The notes beneath the pieces were generated by a model. That model ran no database searches. It was not told the origin of the DNA and saw nothing but the letters and a program-made list of their open reading frames with translations. From Penicillus capitatus (taxonomy: Eukaryota > Plantae > Chlorophyta), in assembly GCA_965649825.1 (NCBI GenBank), contig OZ287697.1, positions 62,001-126,000 of the forward strand: DNA of 64,000 nucleotides, given 5' to 3'. A program made the position numbers and the translations under genes. Each line of letters opens with the position of its first letter. Position 1 is the stretch's first letter. Shown here piece after piece: positions 58,213 to 64,000 of the stretch.

Positions 58213-60678
58213 ATGAACAACTCCGTTGCAGCATGTGGTCTCTTTGCCAGCAAACTGCCACCTCTCTACGCGGTCCCTCCTACTAGAGTCGCATATTTTA
58301 AGTCGCCACGTTTCCGAGATAGTCCCTCTCCGTTCAACACCTCCTTCGTATCTTTTCGTTCGAGAAGAAGTCGTCGACTGCGACGAGAGCTCGTTTCCGT
58401 CAAAGAGGTCAGTCACACTTGTCTCACTCCTTTATCCCAATAACACCTCTCTCCTATGTTTACCAGGTCGGAATTGCGGGAAGTGTGGAGAGCGCCCCTG
58501 AAGGAAATGGCAATGGGCTGTCTGTTGGCAACGGCGTTCTGGAAGATCTGCCGCCGCAAAAGACGAATGGAAGTGCGGCCATTGTTCCGGTGTCCTCAGT
58601 CAAAGCCATTGCCAGTGGTAATGGGGTGGATGTGACGACATGGACTGATCCCTGTACTGCCGGTCAAGTGGAAGCGTGTGCCGCACTTCGAGCCACAGAA
58701 TCGGATACGATCGATCCACCCCTCGAAGATAAATGGAGCAAACGCAAGACTTATAACTCATTACAGGTGTGCATCGCAGACATTGAACGACATGATGTGA
58801 CAGGTGGGTGTGTAGAGGACACTCGAAGTGTGGTCCTTCGCTTTCTCCTTCTTCCTGCAGCTCTGGTGGACGAATTCGCGTTTCAGTTATCCCCGAAACG
58901 GCTTCACTCCTGAAGCCATCTCAGAAAAGAAAAAGAAACTGGCAGCGTGGTTGCGGAAGGAATTGGTGCGTTCATGAGCGCAGAGATCGTTTGGGTATGA
59001 GTGAGGGTGTGGTGAAGGTGCGCCTGGGTCCAACCTTCATCAAGATCGGCCAACAGTTCTCGACTCGAGTCGACGTACTGTCACAGGAATTCATCAAAGA
59101 ATTGGAGCAGCTTCAAGACAACGTCCCTCCCTTCGACTCGCGTCTCGCCGTGCAGATCGTGGAAGAGAGTTACGGAAAGAAAATCAGCGATACGTTCGAG
59201 TACTTTAACAAGACCCCGATCGCCGCCGCCAGTTTGGGCCAGGTATGAGATCGGCAGACAGAACATAAGGATGGAACTAACAGCATCTGTAGGTGCATAT
59301 GGCACGGCTGAAGGGAGAGACGGTAGTCGTCAAGGTACAGCGACCAGGTTTGAAGGAACTGTTCGACATCGATCTGAAGAACATCCGTGTCCTGGCTCAG
59401 ATTCTGCAGTCCATGGATCCCAAATCGGATGGAGCGGCTCGCGATTGGGTGGCCATCTACGACGAATGCTCACGGATTCTGTACGAAGAGATCGATTACG
59501 TCAAAGAAGCGTCAAATGCCGAACAGTTTCGTGCGAATTTCGCAGAGGTGGATTGGGTCAAAGTGCCTCGAGTGTTCTGGGAGTACATCACACCAGAGGT
59601 ACTTGTCATGGAATACTGCCCAGGGACTAAAATCAACAACGCTGAGAAGATCGATGAGCTGGGCATGAACCGACAGCAGTTGGCTCGATACGCCGTCGAA
59701 TCCTACCTCCAACAAATCCTGAGACACGGATTCTTTCATGCCGATCCGCACCCGGGGAATGTGTCCGTGGATAACGTCAACGGAGGACGCCTGATTTACT
59801 ATGACTTTGGTATGATGGGGTCGATTCCTGGCAATGTGAAGGAGGGATTGGTGGAACTGTTCTATGGGGTCTACAAGAAAGACATAGAGAAATGCGTGGA
59901 GGCGTTGATGGAGATGGGTGTGTTAGTCAAGGGAGGTGACATGACAGCCATTCGACGAACAGGCCAATTTTTTCTGACGAGCTTTGAGGAACGGCTGAAG
60001 CAGCAGAGGGATGAGAGGGAGAATAATCCAGAGGCATACAAAAAGTCTTTCAAGCCGCAAAGAACGAAGGACGAATCGAAGGCGATGCGGAAGAAGATCT
60101 TGGCGAATATTGGCGAAGATCTGTTGGTGACGGCTGCCGATCAGCCGTTTCGATTTCCAGCCGAGTTTACCTTTGTCGTCCGTGCCTTCTCCGTTTTGGA
60201 CGGCATCGGCAAATCCCTTGACAATCGATTTGACATTTCTGAAATTGCGGCGCCCTACGCCAGGGATTTTGTCCTGGAGGGTCGCCCACAGCTGAAGAAA
60301 CTGCAGGAAGAGTTCAGTCGACGAGCCGCTCTGCAGAAACGCGCTGTACTGAATCTCTTCAAAGGACCGAATATGATTGAAGAAATGAATCTGTTGCTTG
60401 GACGAATGGAACGAGGAGAATTGAAACTCAGAGTGCGCGCCTTGGAAGCGGAACGGGCGCTGAGTCGCGTTGAATCGTGGCAATCGGCTTTGGGTAGCGC
60501 CGTCGTGGCATCGACCTTGGTGAACGTGGGCACGATGTTTCGTCTAAATTCTATGGGCTGGGCATCGGTCGTCACATTCACATTCGCCACCTTCTTTGCC
60601 CTGATGTCGATGGCCTCCTTCCTCAAGGTCAAATCGCTGGAGAAAAAAGAGAAACAGATAACGGGAGCGGCGGCGTAG
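58213..60678 (+). CDS. ABC1K8: ABC1/UbiB atypical kinase, ABC1K8/OSA1-like, plastid
   Basis: LGPTFIKIGQQFSTRVD, PIAAASLGQVH, VVVKVQRPG, FFHADPHPGN, YYDFGMMG, IGEDLLVTAADQPFRFPA. Confidence 0.92.
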
Positions 60679-60861
60679 CTTTTAGGAAGTCGACAGCGCC
60701 GTGCATTGATTCTTTATTGGACACATCCTTGTGATGCATATTGTTTGTTTGTTCGTTCGTTCGATGTCATCGACACAACGTCTATGAATCGTCCGTTTTG
60801 GTGGCAAAAGTGATGTGGTTTCTCATTGCTTCTGTTGTGGATGATCGCTCCTCTGAATCAA

Positions 60862-61806
60862 ATGATGTCAACGCCATGCCATGCAAGCGTCGTCACGATT
60901 CAAGCACATGTGCGATCCTTCCTCGTCCGCAGAGCCTTTCGACAATGCGTAAAGATATGGACACGATGACACGTGGCATCTTCCTTCTTATAGAAATCCG
61001 CCGCCTGTGTCATTCAGCGAGCGTGGAGGTCGTTTGTCAACCGGATGATCTACCGCTGCCTACGCGACAGTCTTCGCGCTCAGTAAGAGAAACGCACGGC
61101 GCGTGCTTGACATGATTGTGGCGTGACAGCAATGCAGGAGATGCTTCGGCGGCTCTGCGATATTTGAGCATTCGCGAAGCGACGCTCGCCGACGCCGCAT
61201 CCGGATTGCACGTCCGTTTGCGTCTCGGCGGCGCATCCTTTCCCCCAAGCATCTACTACAAGATTTTTACGCATCGCCCCATTGCCGACATTGGCGCCTT
61301 CGGACCACGTAACTATGCAAACGAAAACGGCGTCGATCCCTCGCCGACGTCTTATCCACATCCACGCGTCCGAGTGTCTTTGATGGGTACTGTGCAGGCG
61401 TACGTATTCGGAGGATTGGTATCAACGGGTAGAGAACAATCCGTGGAGATGCGTGGGTTACGTCTCGTTGCAGACGGACGCAGCGACTGAATCGGAGACG
61501 AAGCGGGTGGCGGCGGATTGGAGACACTTCGCAAGAGTCACGCGGCAGGCAGCACGCCAAAAGCAACGACAACGTCGAGCGCTTCAGTGGCGTGCATGGA
61601 TCGACGACACATCGTTCGAATCTCCCGAAGAAGAGGCGCTTCTCTCCTGGTGTACTGCCCTCGACTACGAAACCTACCTCTGGTACGCAGACAGACGGTT
61701 CGCGCCGAGAGGACATCGCCTCTGCAGGGAGTGGCAGAGCGACGGTTGGACAATGGGTTCATCCGAGATGGTGTCGTGCCCTCTATCTTACAAAACCGAT
61801 GTTTGA
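60862..61806 (+). CDS. C11orf65/MFI-like IQ-motif protein
   Basis: IQ motif TIQAHVRSFLVRR; ADAASGLHVRLRLGGASFPPSIYYKIFTHRPIADI; LLSWCTALDYETY. Confidence 0.75.
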
Positions 61807-61860
61807 GTTTACACCGTCACCGTGTTTAGCGTTCTTCCAAAACCCACTTCGCTTGTCGCG

Positions 61861-63202
61861 TCATACCTCGACGGTTACGACTGGATGGCTTTTGTCGATG
61901 CGTTTGAAGATACCGGAGATGACGGCGCCCGGACCGAGCTCGTAGCTCTGGCTAAGGCCTCTCTCCAGCAGATGGCGCATGGACTGCTCCCATCGAACGG
62001 GCGATGTGACTTGCTCCGATAGAATCCGTTTGATCGTTACCGGATCAGAGTGTGGCTGGGCGTCGACATTCGAGACCACCGGAATCGACGGCGTCACGAT
62101 ATCCGTCGTTTCGAGTGCCTCTCTGAGAGCGTCAACGGCCGGTCGCATAAACGGCGTATGAAACGCTCCGGCGACCGCCAGCTTCACAGTCATACGTGCC
62201 TTAAACTCAGGCTTCGCTATCTCCTGTACGACCTCGCACGCCGCCTGGGATCCCGAAACGGTATAGTTCCCAGGGCACAGATAATTCGCAATCTGCACCG
62301 TCTCGCCATCGCCAGCACGAGCAGACGCCTCCGTGCACAGTGCATCCACCTAAGAACACATATAAGGAGCATCAGCCATACGGGAGTAGAGTGGGGTAGA
62401 TGGATGACCTTTTCGGATGCCAGTCCAATGACGCTCACCATTCCGGAGGTACTCGCATCGGCCGCCGCCTGCATGGCCTCTCCCCGTAGCTTCACCAATC
62501 GCAGTCCAGCTTCGAATCTAGAACGCGTATATCTCTTGTCGCGTCTTGGCGGAACGACAGCCACAGAGTGGGTCGACTCACGTCATCGCGTTGGCAAAAG
62601 TGAGAGCGGTGTACTCTCCGAGGCTCAGTCCACACGTCACATCACACTTCTTTAGCACTTCCTGCGCGAACAGCTGTATTGATCGGGCGTTTGTCATAGT
62701 GCGGCCTGTACTTCTCCGTGCTCGGCCTTCAGCTTCTCGACAGCTGCCAGGCTGGCGACGAATAGAGCGGGTTGGCTGAAGGCGGTCGAATCGAGTTTCT
62801 CTTTTGGACCGTCGACGCAGATCTGATACAGATCATAGCCCAGAATCGCCGTCGCTCTGTCAAAGAGCCCTTTCGCGGCGGGCACCGTTTCCACGACCTC
62901 CTGCGACACACATCGCCGCCGCCACTTTTCGAAGACGGCGATCACTTTCGCCATGCCGATTTTTTGAGCGCCCTGTCCAGGAAACAGAAACGCCACGGAC
63001 GGCCTGTACTCCGCAAATCCGCCGTCGTCAGCAGCGGCCTACCAAAAACCCTCAGATACAGAACCACACTCAAAGGCACGCTCGCCACGACAGAGGAGCC
63101 CCGAAGAGAAGATGTCGTGATCCGTGGAGTCCTCCATAGAGTCGTCCGGGTGATGTGGTGACACAGGGGCCGTCCACGAGGCAAGGAGGCAAAACAGGAC
63201 AT
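61861..63202 (-). CDS. FabD: Malonyl-CoA:ACP transacylase, plastid
   Basis: [65 protein letters not shown]. Confidence 0.95.
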
Positions 63203-63243
63203 CACAGACGATACGTCCTTCAGAGTGCGTTCGTGCGTGCAGG

Positions 63244-64000
63244 ATGGACGTCTGCCTCTCCGACGATCGTCGTTGGTGTGCCCTCGACGCTCTGTTAACA
63301 CGGGAGGGCAACTCCGTCGGCGAGAATTTTGCAGCGAGTGACGAAACGCGTCTACTGCTGTCAGAGGTCGTCCGCGTTCTTGTCGTCGGTGCCGGAGGCC
63401 TCGGCTGTGAACTGCTGAAAGATCTTGCCCTGACGGGATTCCTCAATCTCGATGTGATCGATCTCGATACCATCGATGTCTCCAATCTCAACCGACAATT
63501 TCTCTTTGGGTGCGATACCGTCGCCTCGAGGCTACGTTAGGTCTGACGCGATGTAGACGTGACGATGTGGGGCGACCCAAAGCGGAGGTGGCTGCCGAGA
63601 AGATCCAGCGTCGGATTCCGGGCGTACATGTCACTCCACACTTCTGCAAGATCGAAGACAAACCGTCGGATTTCTACGAGACGTTTCATCTCATTGTACT
63701 GGGACTAGATTCATTGGAAGCCAGACGTTACATGAACTCCCTGGTCTGCAGCTTCGTGCAGTACGATGCCGAAGGCCATCCCGATCCGGCAACGGTAAAG
63801 CCGATGATCGACGGCGGTACCGAAGGATTCAGAGGACACGCAAGGGTGATACTCCCTGGCACCACACCCTGCTTCGAATGCACCTTGTGGCTCTTCCCCC
63901 CTCAAATCCACTATCCTATGTGCACACTGGCCGAGACCCCTAGGTGCGATGCCAAGGCCAAAATCGATCCCTCGTGAACCTGAAGGGCACAGGACGGCGG
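63244..64000 (+). CDS. UBA3: NEDD8/RUB-activating enzyme E1 catalytic subunit (5' part; runs off the window end)
   Basis: [19 protein letters not shown]...[50 protein letters not shown]. Confidence 0.95.

Noticed and set aside
4001-63202. Biosynthetic gene cluster (thioesterase + P450 + malonyl transacylase)
   Set aside because: The genes are 16-40 kb apart and separated by housekeeping genes. There is no KS, NRPS or terpene synthase, and FabD looks like the normal plastid FAS enzyme.
1-64000. Non-canonical code (TAA/TAG = Gln) as in some ulvophytes
   Set aside because: Conserved proteins end at TAA/TAG exactly where expected (RPL19, UAP56, P450, ABC1K8), and long exons contain no in-frame TAA/TAG.
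1-64000. tRNA, rRNA or snRNA genes
   Set aside because: I saw no T-loop/cloverleaf, rRNA or U1/U2/U6 signature by eye. A covariance-model scan would be needed to exclude them.
1-64000. Numerous long antisense or overlapping ORFs in the six-frame track
   Set aside because: They are shadows of real coding exons at ~50% GC, with no independent motifs.

Overview
Eukaryotic nuclear DNA from a very compact green alga (Chlorophyta), with about 30 genes in 64 kb, roughly 50% GC and mostly short (~45-70 nt) GT-AG introns. Photosynthesis genes (PsbP-domain, PSB33, ABC1K8), ciliary genes and a large beta-helix/Cys-rich/multi-TM gene suggest, by inference only, a siphonous ulvophyte (Bryopsidales-like). 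The genetic code is standard. Most genes are housekeeping (RPL19, DLST, UAP56, SEC12, FabD, UBA3, HSF, ANTH), often head-to-head with start codons only 19-100 bp apart. Main discoveries: (1) an intronless 1391-aa protein built from a tandem duplication of the Dicer core (platform-connector-RNase IIIa-RNase IIIb, twice), in which only the last of four RNase III domains keeps its catalytic residues, behind an organelle-presequence-like N-terminus; (2) a complete, very young 1.8-kb LTR element (apparently identical 237-bp LTRs, PBS, GCATA TSD) carrying only a coiled-coil + CCHC ORF and no pol, inserted 16 bp from an older inverted LTR of the same family; (3) a USP7/UBP12-derived MATH+UBL1-2 protein lacking the deubiquitinase domain and ending in an MDM2-type RING; (4) a CHUP1-like protein in a chlorophyte; (5) a pseudo-helicase and a pseudo-kinase. 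Exon structures and homology calls were made by eye from remembered family motifs, so gene boundaries are approximate and span introns.
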